Of a stretch of DNA of 64,000 nt, positions 24,637-37,584 are shown piece by piece; within the stretch, counting starts at the first letter, position 1, and every line of letters starts with the position of its first letter. The translations under genes were made by a program, and so were the position numbers. The stretch comes from Acanthaster planci (lineage: Eukaryota). Under the pieces are notes generated by a model that ran no database searches, had not been told where the DNA came from, and was given only the letters and a program-made list of their open reading frames with translations. The stretch lies in assembly GCF_001949145.1 (NCBI RefSeq), contig NW_019091359.1, positions 338,021 through 402,020 on the forward strand, written 5' to 3'.

Positions 24637-27345
24637 CGCTTTCGAGATTAGTAGTGATGTCAACTGCAGATGAGATAACTCTGATAGCAAAAGAAGAAAT
24701 ATTGCACAAAGAACTTAAACAAGGTATATTGAAAATCAAATGTTACTTTGTACTGGTAGAGTGCACCAGAAACTAAGCGCAAAGTAACTTTGGAATATTT
24801 AAGAACTCTGAAATACCCAGCTAGATGATCTTTCTAGCAGAATCAAATTTTTGATTATTTACTAATGTGAGCCATGCGCCCGCAGTGATCTAATTTCTTT
24901 TGTTTCTGTTTTTGTCGTAGTGGTGCTTTGTCTCAATATTAACAGAACAAAACAAGAAGAGAATGCAGAATGTGTATTAAATGGCCTTTTAGCCTGATGT
25001 ACATTACATGTAGGTCCCGATAGTGTAGCTCAAACGCTCGATGTTGAAGGTTTCGTGCGCCGTGGTGCAGTGAACCCACGGAGCGAGCTTTGCCTTGTAG
25101 TTGTTTGTAGCAGAACGTTCTTTGTTGTCAACAGCGACCATTAGAATTTTCTTCAAATTTGTTGTCAGTTTTCAAGTCTCCTTGCCTTTTTTGATATTGA
25201 AAGCGACATCAGACCCAGTTGAGTGGGTGATTCGCATTCAGTCTTAGAAATCATGTGGAATCGATGGTTGTAGCGTCAATAGACCCTGGGACAGAGCTCC
25301 TGTGATTCCCGTGTCCGAACAGGGAAAAGCCTGGGATGAATTTTCGTCAGTCGCCGACGTATTGACAGGGTGTTACACGATCAGTTAGGCGTCGCACAGT
25401 CCTCCGCGTTGGCCTGAGGGTTTTGTCCGTTAATCGGGATTCCAGTCTTTAAATTTAGGTCAGAAACATTGCTTTTAGGGGTTCAAAACCTTTGGGTTCA
25501 AACACCTTGGATGTGTGGGTGAGTGTCGCAGGCTGCGCAGACCAACACGTGTATTTTCATGGCACCAACACGTGCCATGACATGGCGGGCCGAATCGTTG
25601 GGATGATCGCTAAATATCTCATCCGTGCTTAAGAATTGCCCCCAAACGTGCTTAATTCTAAGGTCAAACAGCCATCTTTGCTTCTTCCAATAAGTATTTC
25701 GAATGTTGTAGGAATTGCCGTTCATGGTTAGTGTGTCTTGTTGATGCATGTGCAGTTCGTTTCGATGACAGTTTATGTCGGTCGTTTAATTTGTGAAAAT
25801 GGGTTTCGATACAAGCGAACTTTTTTGAAACACTTTGTACAGCGTAATCATCTTACAATCTGCAGGTTGGTGTCTACAAATGGTAAACATGGAAATACTT
25901 AACAACGATGCATTGCAACTGATGTTAGGTGACTATTCTTTGAGAATGGGAGGGTTATTGGCCCAGTGTTCAAAGCTGTGCTGATCGGGATATCCAGTGA
26001 TGTTTCTGCATACCCTTAGAATCACTTGAAGAAAGCGTTTAGTTTGTAACATTTGTAACTACAAAAGTAGAAAGACAAATTCTTTATAGTTTATTCCTGT
26101 TTCAGATCCATCCCTTTTCTCCTGAACAGACAAACGAGTTTACTGATGACGGTACATGTATTGGGGATACGATCATTATGATATCTGATTGATTCGGACA
26201 TCAGCCAAACTGAACCGTTCTCCTTGAGAAATGTTGACAATATCCTCTTCGTGTATTTACATGTTGAATAAATCGGGTATAATTAAGAAAAAGACATCGA
26301 AAACATGTGCATAATGCTGCCGTGGGTACGCTGTGTTTGTTGAGGAGCGAAAGTTAATGATTTCAAATTTAAAACAAAAATGAAAAGACTCAAGAAAATC
26401 ACTGTACATATACTTTAAATGGTGTTGGATATATTTATGTTTTGTAAGATAGATCAAATTACTGGCAATTTCTGCAAGTAAACAGAGTTGTTGTACATTC
26501 AGGTTATTTATGAGATAGTTCGTTAATATATTAAATGCAGTTAATGTTACAGTATGTCGTCCGCCAAAAACAAGCTTCAACCTTTTTTTTCCAATTTGAG
26601 GTTTTTAGAAACAATACACCAGTGTACGCTGGGTAAATTTCTCAATGACCTAAAGCTGAGAAAACATGTTCTTAGATCACAAGTTGTCCAACGATTTCCG
26701 GTTTTTTGTTTTGTTTTGTTTTTTGGTTTTTCCCCCAACTTGTACTCGAGCTGACGTATGACCTTGATGTAGTTCAATTCACCCATGATATATGAAACTG
26801 CTATCTGAAAACGACGGTTTGATTACGTATGAAGACATTTGGAGAAATTTGGAATAGAATGACCCCTTCAAGTTATACAAGGTTCGTTGTCTTTTTACCA
26901 AGACGTGAAATCAATTGACTTTCAGACCAAACAAGGCAATATTTATTGTTTATGTATAGAATCACAGGTCTACTTTTGATCTTGTCAGTATTCTTACTAC
27001 TTATTTTGTTCTTTTATTATCTTCATGTGTTGTTAATTAACAATCCACAAGTGAGTTATTCTCACGTGACCGTTAATAGGGAATGTCCGTTTAGTGTACA
27101 TTTTGTACTGTATATTGAGATCCAACTCTTAGAAATTGGAGGGAAAATCATGAGACAGAGAATACCTCTCGTGGCGATTAACCATAAAAGCCCGGAAGCG
27201 GGCAGTGCCAAATTAAAGAACAAGAAAACGTGGTGTAAAAATAGTTCCGATTTACTGTTAGTCTTCTTTTCAGCTGTCGGACTGTCTATCTGGACTGCTT
27301 GTTTTCATTCCAGAAATTAAATAAAGGTTTGGAGTAATGACGAAT
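24637..27345 (+). other. Probable long 3' UTR of Tbx2/3 (end uncertain)
   Basis: AT-rich sequence after the stop with TGTA-rich tracts (about 27095-27115). AATAAA candidates at 26267-26272 and 27320-27325. Confidence 0.5.
27320..27325 (+). promoter_or_regulatory. Candidate polyadenylation signal AATAAA
   Basis: AATAAA downstream of TGTA-rich UTR-like sequence; alternative site at 26267-26272. Confidence 0.4.
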
Positions 27346-30300
27346 TTCGATAGGAAAGTACATTATCTGAATCCAGTTGGTCCTTGAGGCAAATTTTTGG
27401 TAAGGAAAACTAAATTAACTTTTGGCCATTATCATCCAAACATGTGATTGTAACATCTGCAGTTCAGAACAACAACCCTGAAATTTACTTATTATGTCTG
27501 CCAGAAAGTGCCAGTTTCTCTAAACTTTCTCACATTTGCCACTGTCTCTGTTAACCAAGCCAAAAAGTGAGAAAAATGGCTGATCTCAATTCGGAAGTGG
27601 ATTTTGTCATTGTTATTCCATTCGCAAGCGTTACCTCTCTTAAAGGAAAATTTTAATCCCCTAAATCAAAAGAAGTGCTGAATGGTTGAAAACAAATGAT
27701 GTTCGCTGTGGAATTAGTGTGGCAATCGTTTGCATTGTCAATCCCTGCCATTGATCTCCTGGTTCTTATAAAAGCAAGTGGCATGCACACATTATATACG
27801 GCATGCTTGCATTATGATGCGGTTTTGTATAGGCCCTTTATTGTCTAAAGAACAGCAACTTGTGTCGGAGCAATTAAGAGATTAGTGAGGTGTTCTCTTA
27901 CGCTGTTTCCTATCTTGAACCAGGTTCGCTCTCGACGGTGATTAGGTTGATGATGAAATAGCAAAGGGGTTGTTGGCAAGCCACCCTCAAAATTCAACCG
28001 GTATAACTGAGGTGGAAAGCGTGCGGTAGCACCATGCAATGATACGATCTCTTTGTGAGTCTGTTAGGTTCTGAAAAGAACTGGTATAACTGCGTATCAC
28101 ATCCAAAGTATCACTTCCAACGTGACGATGGCGCAATCCCACACCTCAAGCTCAGAGAGTCGAAGTCAATTCTCCTGGACCCCTCCCACCAGTTCCCCTC
28201 TCGTCCCGATTTCCCCGGAGAACCGGCAGGTTGTCTCTGACAGACAAACTATCTAATCGCGACATTATCAATGAACTAGGTGACACATTATATTTGCTGT
28301 GAATTAACTGGTCATCGACTCCGGGGGGGGGGCTGAAGATTCTGGGCCCAGTTAGCGCGTGAGTCGAAACAGAGACCCGAGGAGCCAGCGCTTAATACAC
28401 CGACGAGTGACACTAGCAATACCCACCAATTTGTAAACGGAAAGACATCTATTAGACCGAGAGGAGACCTCGGTCACGTTTAAAGGCTTGGTTGGAGCAC
28501 GGACCTTGTCTCAAACTCCCTACAATCACCCTTTTAGGAACTTTTTTCCCTCATGTTGGTTCTGGTATGCAATTTAGAACCGTTGTTTTCTCTGGCTTTC
28601 GAGTGTTACGTGAAAATACAATAAATCACGAAGTCAAGGGAGCGTAAACTAACTGTAAAAGAGTGGGGAAAATCAAACAGAAATATCGAGAGTTATTCCA
28701 GTTTGGGGGTTGACCTCTCTGCTTGAATTATGTTGTCTCGAACTGGAAAAAAGTGTGGATGCTGGTGGAAGAATTTATAGAAAAGAGAAAAATCCCAAAT
28801 ATGTCGCATTTACCTTGCACGTGATAGTTATTGCCCGAAAAATTCCACACGTATAAAGGCTGACATATCGCCATCTTGTCTATTTCTCTTCCATTAAAAG
28901 TAATAGATATTTGGGTTCACAGGCCACAGAATTGACGGAGGTGGGAGAATCGGTGGAAGTCCTTTTTGGAACAATACAAGAGAGTTTCCATTTATTGGCC
29001 CGTGTTTTGTTTTGTTTTTTATTTTCAAATTTTGCCTTGATAAAATTGCCACTTTTTAAAAATTGTATTTCTAGAAGTCAGCAAAATATTGACATGTGGA
29101 ATGCGAAATACAAGTTTCCCTATTTTAGTGGCAAAGTCAGATCTATTATCCACACGAAGATCAGTGAGTTCTTGAAATCGCGAGTTTATCAACAAACGAA
29201 ACCTACGAAAATTCATTGGTTCCATTGCTGAGTTGTTCAAAGCTTTTTGATGTACATGTTCAGGGGTACCAGAAATTATCTAGCGCACCAGCAGCAGAGA
29301 ATTTGGTGACCTCTGGCTTGTCAGACGAACACCGAGCATTTCCCCAAAAATGCTCGGGGAATAAAATAATTTCCCCCCTTCTTGGTGACTCATGGTGGGA
29401 TATATGCATCGGACGAGAGCCCCTCGGAATGTGCACGGCCAACTTATTAGCCAGTACAGGGCAGAGGGACCTGCGGAGTGCACGCGGTGGTTCGACATAA
29501 TCTCAGAGATGCGCACGTTCCGCTAAAGTGCGCAAATTCGAAGTGTCATCCGTGCGGTTCACTTCCCCGACTGATGAACGGATTAACTTGTCCGTTCTCG
29601 TGAACTGCCTTTTTTGACAGAGATTGTTTCTGACCACTTATGTAAACAGGTAGTTGGAGTTGTTATGATACGAAGTGATTCAAAGAAGGGACATATCCGT
29701 ATAGCCTAGAACTTCAGACGCTAGTACGGTAAACTGTTTCAAGGAGTGCCCCCGGTTATTCCCTACTGCCAACATAATTATTTGCTTTCTGTATTTAAAA
29801 GGATTTTTTCAACGCCTTCCCCATTTTGGTTTTACTCAAGTTCAAGTTCCTTTTCCATCGTAAATGAAGTATTGCTTTTCTTTAAACAGCTGCGCTGGTT
29901 GAGTCAGTTTGATTCGTAATCCCAAATAGAATGTTCAAATCCCTCTGAACAATAAAGTGGAAGAAGTAAAGGTTACTAACTTTTAGACACTGAGAAGACT
30001 GTGGATCACACACAGAAGCACCCGTTCCATGGGAACGTTCCATGTTTGTAACGGGAAATTAACAACTTGTTCAAGCCTTGGGTCCTAGGTAATTAAATGG
30101 CTGACTCGATAGTTTAGACAGTAGTCAGGAGCGTGTTTAGATGGAGAAACACACAAAGCTGTACCACCAACTTACTTCCCCTAACAAAAGAAATTCAGCC
30201 GGTAGAATGTAGGAGACATGAAATAGCTGCAATTTGAAAACAACATAATATAAAAATACAAACAAGGAAACAAATAAACAAATAAATAAAACAACAAACC

Positions 30301-33300
30301 AGATGAGAGAGGGTATGTTGAGAGTGTTAAATGGATGTGAGTAGCTTGGTAAATCACCTTGACGACACTGGGAAACGTGATGGGGCCCTTTGTGTCACTA
30401 ACTACGAAAGCATGGAACACCGAGGGTAAAAATCTAGTCTGACAACGGTTCACTTTCAAGTACATAAAGGAAATCATGGATTTCTCAGGTCAGAATCGGT
30501 GCGAGGCGACCCCGGCTGATATGTAGGTCTCTGCTGTTGTAAACCCATCAGCGGATGGTAAAAAACTTGGCCAATGCCGACGCAGGGTCGATGTACAAAG
30601 AGAAATAGCCGTGGCCTCTATACTTGGGACCCGTGTAGTCCCCCGAGAGAGGCTAGCGGACGGTGAGACCTCTGGCGTCGGTGAAATTTGTGCCGGTCGA
30701 CTGGGGTAAAGTATCCGGGGTGAGCCGGTGACCAGGAAATTACAAACGCCTGCGTTATATCATCACAACCCATGACAGGCGGCACACTTGTACTTACACG
30801 AAGTCATATTTCAGGCTCAATTTTTCGAACATATGTATGATTAACTATTAATGTGTGGTTTTGTTGCTACATGTACGCCGGCGTTTCAGGGGGCTTGTGG
30901 GAAATGGGTTGTGGTGACCCGAAGTCACTTGTGCCGGGCTTTTTTATGACTTGTACCCAACCAATAAAAGTGAAACACGGAGCTAAAAGGGTGTGCCTTC
31001 TGGCATCGTCTGGTTTGGTTTAAATCAAATTACTTCAAGCTTCTGTACAGGTTTAAAGAGGAAATGGTAAACCGTATATTGGAAGGGAATTCTTTTCCTT
31101 GAAACCAAACAATAATCAATATTGTTTTAAGCTCATGCAAAGTGGCATATAATGAAGTGCCCATTTGGTGATATCCTAAGCATAATTTTAACACAGGGTT
31201 TGCAAATATGTACACGGCTTTTTGGTGTTGCGAATTGGTCAACATAAGTGACCTTTTTCAACCGTCAAAGCCGTTCTCATGATATATACTGTTGAATCTT
31301 AATAAGAACACGGTCTTTTTGAAGTTTCGTGTTTTGGGTGATTTGCATATTTCTAAATGTCTTTGTGTTAAACGTTCAGTTAATGCGTTCGGGGTAATAA
31401 TCGATGCTTTCAACAGAGAATTCTGTGACAAGACGCAAAGAAAACACAGATTACAGCATGGAGGATTTGCATGGTTGCCATTTTGCTGGCCAGTTTTTTT
31501 TTTTTTTTTTTTTTGCACTGAGTATACACAAAGGAGGTTTCCCTGTGGAGCTAAAGAACTGCCTTATAAAATGGCCACAACGCAAAGCATCTATTAGTAC
31601 TAAAAATGTGAAAGAGTAAAACAACTATGACGTAGCCGCCTGTTTGAGAAACCCAGTGAAAGACCTTCCCTCAAATGGTACCACTTTTAAATTTCTTTCA
31701 TCACTGACAACCTTTCTCGCACATCCACGTCGATGCGATCCGAATACCCGCACAAGTATGTTCACGATCCTTGCGGACCAGTAATCGATTCTCGGCTGTT
31801 CCCGTTGTTATCTCGGGGGCTTTTTGTGTGTGGGGGGGGCACTTGGCGGTCACCTGTTCGTATTTGTTTTCCTTCACTCGACTCGAGGGCCCAACATCTC
31901 GATGGCGCCATCATTTTGATATGAGTTGTGATAAATTGATTAATGACCTGATGATGTAGGCGCTAACGGCTGGCCACCAACATGCCCTCGTCCCGTCTAG
32001 AAGCCATGCTGAACGAGCACCCATGATTCGCCGAGTCTGGAACTTCTACAAGTGTTTATACCGCCATGGTTATTACTTTTATCCGATGTTGGTGCCATAA
32101 TTTTTCATTTTGATACAATTTGCATAGACTGTTCTTCAGTTTCACGCGCGACATCGTACAGGACGCCGAGATTTCTCTGAGAAGGGCACGTGGCGGGAGA
32201 ATTGAAACATGTGGTGAGAAGGTTAAAACAAAATCAAACCCAGGTCGAAAAAAAAAACAAAGCAATATTTTAAATGCTTACGACAAATTTGTACGTCATT
32301 AAAGGTTTACTTGAAAAGTAATGATAATATAAAAAGGGAAATTGGAAACGTTTATTGTAGCCATGACGGTTACCAAGATAACGGGTGTTACCTACGTAAA
32401 TCTTTTTTATATATCCAAGTTTCAAAGTTGTGTGACTTTAATAAATTATTTTCACACAAATGCCACATCCGTTCTTTCTTTTAAAATTTACATGATGTAT
32501 TTGTTCTACGATGGGGGTAATGAAACGTAAAATAAATAAAATAATGAACTTTACATACAGAGGAATCCTCTCCACATAAAACAGGAAGAGGATTTTGTTT
32601 AATTTCAGAACCAGTAATACAAGTTGCGTCGATTGACTTTCATACGGCGGATTTTGCAAGTAGTCACAAAACAATTGCGAAGTTAGAAACAGGGTGAACG
32701 GCGCAATGAAATTATATAAAGTAAATGAAATATGGCCAAAATGTAGAGCCTGTATTCAAATTGAAATATTTACAAGACGCCATAACCCTTTTCGTGCAAT
32801 GTTACTCTATTTAAGAATTGAACAGAGGCATGGGTACTCTGTTTAAACAAAATTTCCTGATCTTTTATCCAGAGTAGACCAAACTGTATCTCCGTCTTGC
32901 CAGTGATCGAACAAACCGACGTGAAATCCCTACGGGAAACGATGAACGTATCATTAGAATGTATCTAGATCACTGACGAAGGATGACCTCATTGTCAACA
33001 GGATCACACGTCACATCTGTCTTTTTCAAAACTGGAGGGGATTAATACAGAAATGCCGAAGTGCCTTCAGAGATTAAAAACGGAGAAGTCAGGTTAAAGT
33101 CTTGTCGTCTGGAGTGCAATTCTCTCCAACACCGAGCTCGGGGAAGAGAACGCGGCCAACTTGGCCTTATCTCCCGTTCCCCTTTCCCCATGACGCGTAA
33201 GCAGAGAGGGCCCGATCCCCCTGTAAGCGAAGGAAAAACTTCAAGGAGAGTCGTGGGGGAGGAACAAGGCTGTATTATGACGGCCAGTCAGGGTAGGGGC

Positions 33301-36300
33301 AACATGTTCTGTGTCACTCACCACCCCAAACCGACCGATTCCTGCCGGCCAAGGACTAGGGGGAAGTCCACAGCCAAAGGATTTATGTATTTCTGCAGTG
33401 GCTTTGTTAGACGGTAATTAGCTGGTTATTGGCATCGGTAAGTCATCACAGACATCAGAATCATAATCACGATGCAGCTTGGCATTTAACGCCGCCCTAT
33501 TGCTGCTCACCGAGCTTGTTTGTCTCCAGGCTCTTTCTCCCCTCTTTCTCTCTAAACGGGCTTATTCCCACGGTACATTACTTTCTTAAGGTGGGTTTTT
33601 GGAAGTGGTAGACCGTGCGGCAATGTTTACAGCTGTAGGCCTACTTTCGCAAACAGGCTGATGGCCTCTCAGCTTTGCTGCCCCAATCTCCTGAAAAACA
33701 ATCGTGTTTTTGTTTTTTAAGCAGGTTAAACAAAATATGAACAACGTGGCACTTCTTGGGCCCTAGGCTCAAACATGTCGAGAATAATTAGGAATCTTTG
33801 GAGTTTCTGAAAAGCGGAGACAAGTCATTCTGGGCTACAGGGCAACCAGTTAAAAGTCTTCGGTATCTCTGTGACTTGTCCCAAGACTCCGATAAACATG
33901 TTACAATGGAGAAATGTCCCAGCCTCGCATGGATATTTACAGACCGACAACCCCAACTTGTCTTCTTTCACGTTAACCAGGGCCCCTGGTCCCTGGCAGG
34001 GCCTGTGTCATTTTTACTACGTAAGGCACCTAAACACCGTTCCTCCGCTCTATCTGATCTAAGAATAGGCCCAACTGAACAATTCTGGTCACCAGATTTA
34101 GATTTTGGGTGACCCATAAAATTGAGAAGTCGGCAAAATGACTCTTTTTTAAGAACTTCGAAAGACGCCAAAACTAGCTGGAGTCTCCGGCCTTCAGGTG
34201 CGGGGGACTCAGCGTCCCCAGGCCCCTTCCTCTTGTCTAATTGTCTCACTGAAAGACGGCGACCTCGCGAGGATTACAAATTGCCGAGCGGCTCAAGTCC
34301 GAAGAAACAAACCCAGCAATAATTGGAGTCGATTATGTCTCGGTGACAATTAAACGAGGACAGATCCCCGCCGCCAGGAGACGGGGCAATTCGAAACGCT
34401 TCCTTGATGATAATGTGCCGCTGGTGCTAGGTAGTCTTCATCATCTTAATGACATTATCAGAAGGTAAGCTTCCAAACATTGCTGTGAAATTGTGGCAGG
34501 CCCGTATCCGATTCATGTAAAAATGTGTCTGTGAAGGCCATCATGTTTTGATCTGAGAAGCCATAGCTGATGGCTATTATTTAGACTTAATGGACAGTCG
34601 ATATACCTCATTCATTCAGGTAAATTGGACGAATGCCAACTTGTTGGGCCATAAAGAATATTTTCAACTAGAAGTAAACACAGTATTTATTGGATGTGGT
34701 AGATTTAAAGTAATTGAGATGGGCAAACGGATGGATTTTTGAATTTTAAAGAAACAATCCATTAGGAAATACAATAAAGCAGGTTCTTGATGGTTTTGAT
34801 CCGTTTGTGAGAAACTTCGAACACAATTTTATATAAACAAGATATAGTATTTTCTTGAAAGTCTACGAGTTTTCCAATAGCAGGGTCACTGGAATGAAAT
34901 TTCCTTGATATTATCTAATTATCGGGTTTGCCTAAGGTGAAAAAGAATTACCCGTTACAATTTTGATGATAAGTGGTAAATCTGAGACGCTATTCTAGAT
35001 GAGTAATAAAAACTAACCACTCCATGTAAGAAGGATTGCAGGCAGAGACTGAGTAGTGGTGAAAATGTTGCTCACTTGACATTAACTAAAACGACAGTAA
35101 TGTCAGGCTACCAGGCAAATGACCTACAAAAGGCAACGTCTCATTAACTTTTGTCTGAGGTGACGTATCGTGTCATTCTGCTGTGATGTACTCTGACATG
35201 TTTTAATTCGCAGCCCTTTCAGTCGATCGTCAACAAGCAAAATGTGATTGATATTTTGTGTACTTGCTCAGACCGCAATCTTGTTGGTTTAGATCAGAAT
35301 CAGATCTCGATGGTCTACCGCAGACTGGACAGACATCATGCTACGCTGACGGGGGATACCTCTCCAACTGAGGTTCCTCACCGTGGGCAGACTGGGAACA
35401 GTTTGGGTCTAATGACCAAAAGTGGCTTCAAGTCTAACTCTTTTACCCAGCCATCTTAATGGACGAGCGAGTTTGCCAAATCGTTTTTTTTTTCTTAAAA
35501 AAAGGGGGCTAAGGTTTGAAATCACTAACGACTTTCGCTATCTGGAAGAAAGCGGATTTCTTTCTTTAATATAATTTCTTTACATACACAAGTTCTAGTT
35601 GTCATGCAGAATAAAATAAGGCTCCACTTTGGTTTTTTGTTTTGTTTTGCTATGGTTTTTGTTTGTTTATTTGCTTGATGGCTTTAAAAATCATGAAATA
35701 AAAATGCAACTGTGGGCGTGAAGGGATCAACGCCGTAGTGAAAAGTCAGACAAACAGAGGGACTTTCAGCAAAATGGATGCGAAATTTACAAGAACTCAG
35801 TAAAAGAAATTTAGGGTCCATTTTGATTTGAGCCTGTTGTCATCACCCGTTGTCAGGTTCGTGGCTTCATTAACTTCAAAACGTTCCCAGCCGGTCTGGT
35901 GAGGATTGAGCGTCACCTTCTCTCTGATAGATCTACACTGCCATTTTTTATCAACCGACAAACAAGCCCTAAAACAAACACGATCATCCCCTTACTCCAG
36001 CCCAATTTCATCCGGTGTCATATCATTTTTCTATTTTCTTTCCAGAAGCGCGGCTCATTAGGTGGCCGGGCCAGGCGCCAGCGTATCAGTGAGGTGTAAA
36101 TTGGTCGGGCGTTTGGCTCGTGGTTAAATAAGCAGGCGTCAAGTAGTATTTGTATACAAGCATCGGTCGCGTTGATACGTGGACCGGGCTGGCCTGTGGA
36201 TGGACCGGCAGGTTAGACGGGGGAGTTTCTAGGCGCTGATGATATCAGGGTGGCGCGGTGCTGGCTATTAGCACTGCGTAAACAAAACAGGGTTTATAGG

Positions 36301-37459
36301 CCGATGGTGATGGGAACGCCTGGCTGGCCAAGTGTGTCTGGTACATGTGTGCCAGTTCATGCAGTTTAGCTTATCCACTTAATTATATTTGCATAATTAG
36401 TGTCTGGGAAACCCGCGTGCAATCTTGCTAATTTTGGTGCGGGGCTTTAATGGGGGCCAAGTGCAAGCAAGCAAAGTGCGACAAAGTCCCACGATACTTC
36501 AATGCATAATGAGTGCAAATGTAGAGGTCAAATTATTATTTCCTCAAAAGAAGTATCCATACGAGCACACTGCTTCCACTTTGCTTTATAAAAATATTTG
36601 GAATAGCTGGTCAACATGAATTCCACCCAGCAATTAGCATGACATTACTAGTTCAATTTGTTAGTTTATATGAGGATATTTTACCAGCTTGTTGAAGAAG
36701 CTTACCCAAGATGAAGACTGTCGATATTCTGACCAACATGAGGCAAGGTGTACAGCGCAGACTCTGCCTTTTTATACTAAACGGGGAGCCCTTACAGGCA
36801 ACTTGAGGCAACTGGGATACCTGTGCTTTCTAAGGCTGTGACGTTAAAAGTGGGATTGGATCGACAAATAATGCGAAATGTGTACACAACAATGGATTTT
36901 TATATCATTAGTTAGGCATTTAACCATTCCATACCCTATTCAAATAAATGTGACCAACCAGTTGTCTCACTTACCCTGGCACGGGGCTTGGTGTGAGCCG
37001 AACGAATACACGTTTAGCACCATTTCAATCATACAGGAAAAGTTGAATCTCCATCCAGGTTTTCTCTTTTTTACAGAAAAAGATAAACCGTTTCTCAAAT
37101 GACTTCACCAATGGAATATGGACTCCTTCACACTAAAAACGTCGTAGATGTACGGTATCTTTGCGTTCAGCTTAAAGTTTGTCCCGTTTACGCCTGTTGT
37201 TCAGGTATTTCTTAACGTCCTGAAAAAATTTACAAAGTTCACTTCAGGCTACACGGCTTGTTAACATCGTGGCAACATTCGCAGGCACACACGTAGTCCA
37301 CTTTATTTCTTTACAACATCAGTATTTTTAATGATGGGGTAGCACAGTGAATTTTCTTTATATGTTCGAGGATTTTGGTGGAAGTTTCAGTGGGATATAA
37401 ATATCCTTTATCAGGAACCTTTATTATTGTAATTTTGATTATTACCACTGACATAATAA

Positions 37460-37584
37460 GGCTGCATCCGAATCTCTTGCAATTGTCTAGAGCTAGGTCT
37501 AGGTCTTTGCTCCATTGGAAATGCGTGGAGACGCGCAGACAATAGACCTAGCCGTAGTTCTAGAAGCCCGTTTCGGACACGACC
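37460..37584 (-). mobile_element. PIF/Harbinger-type MITE, copy 2 (inverted relative to copy 1)
   Basis: TIRs GGCTGCATCCGAA...TTCGGACACGACC, flanks TAA/TAC. Reverse complement aligns to 6883-7001 with about a dozen substitutions and one 6-bp indel. Confidence 0.85.

Noticed and set aside
25964..26992. miR-200/8-family seed matches CAGTGTT (25964) and CAGTATT (26986) in the putative 3' UTR
   Set aside because: 7-mers are uninformative without conservation data.
28333..28372. Hammerhead-like CTGAAGA...GAAA (also CTGATGA at ~20992 and 29571)
   Set aside because: Stem II closing pair and stems I/III do not fit the hammerhead core.
37015..37032. TAGCACCATTTCAATCAT resembles the 5' end of miR-29
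   Set aside because: Only a short stem forms with the upstream arm; no precursor-quality hairpin.
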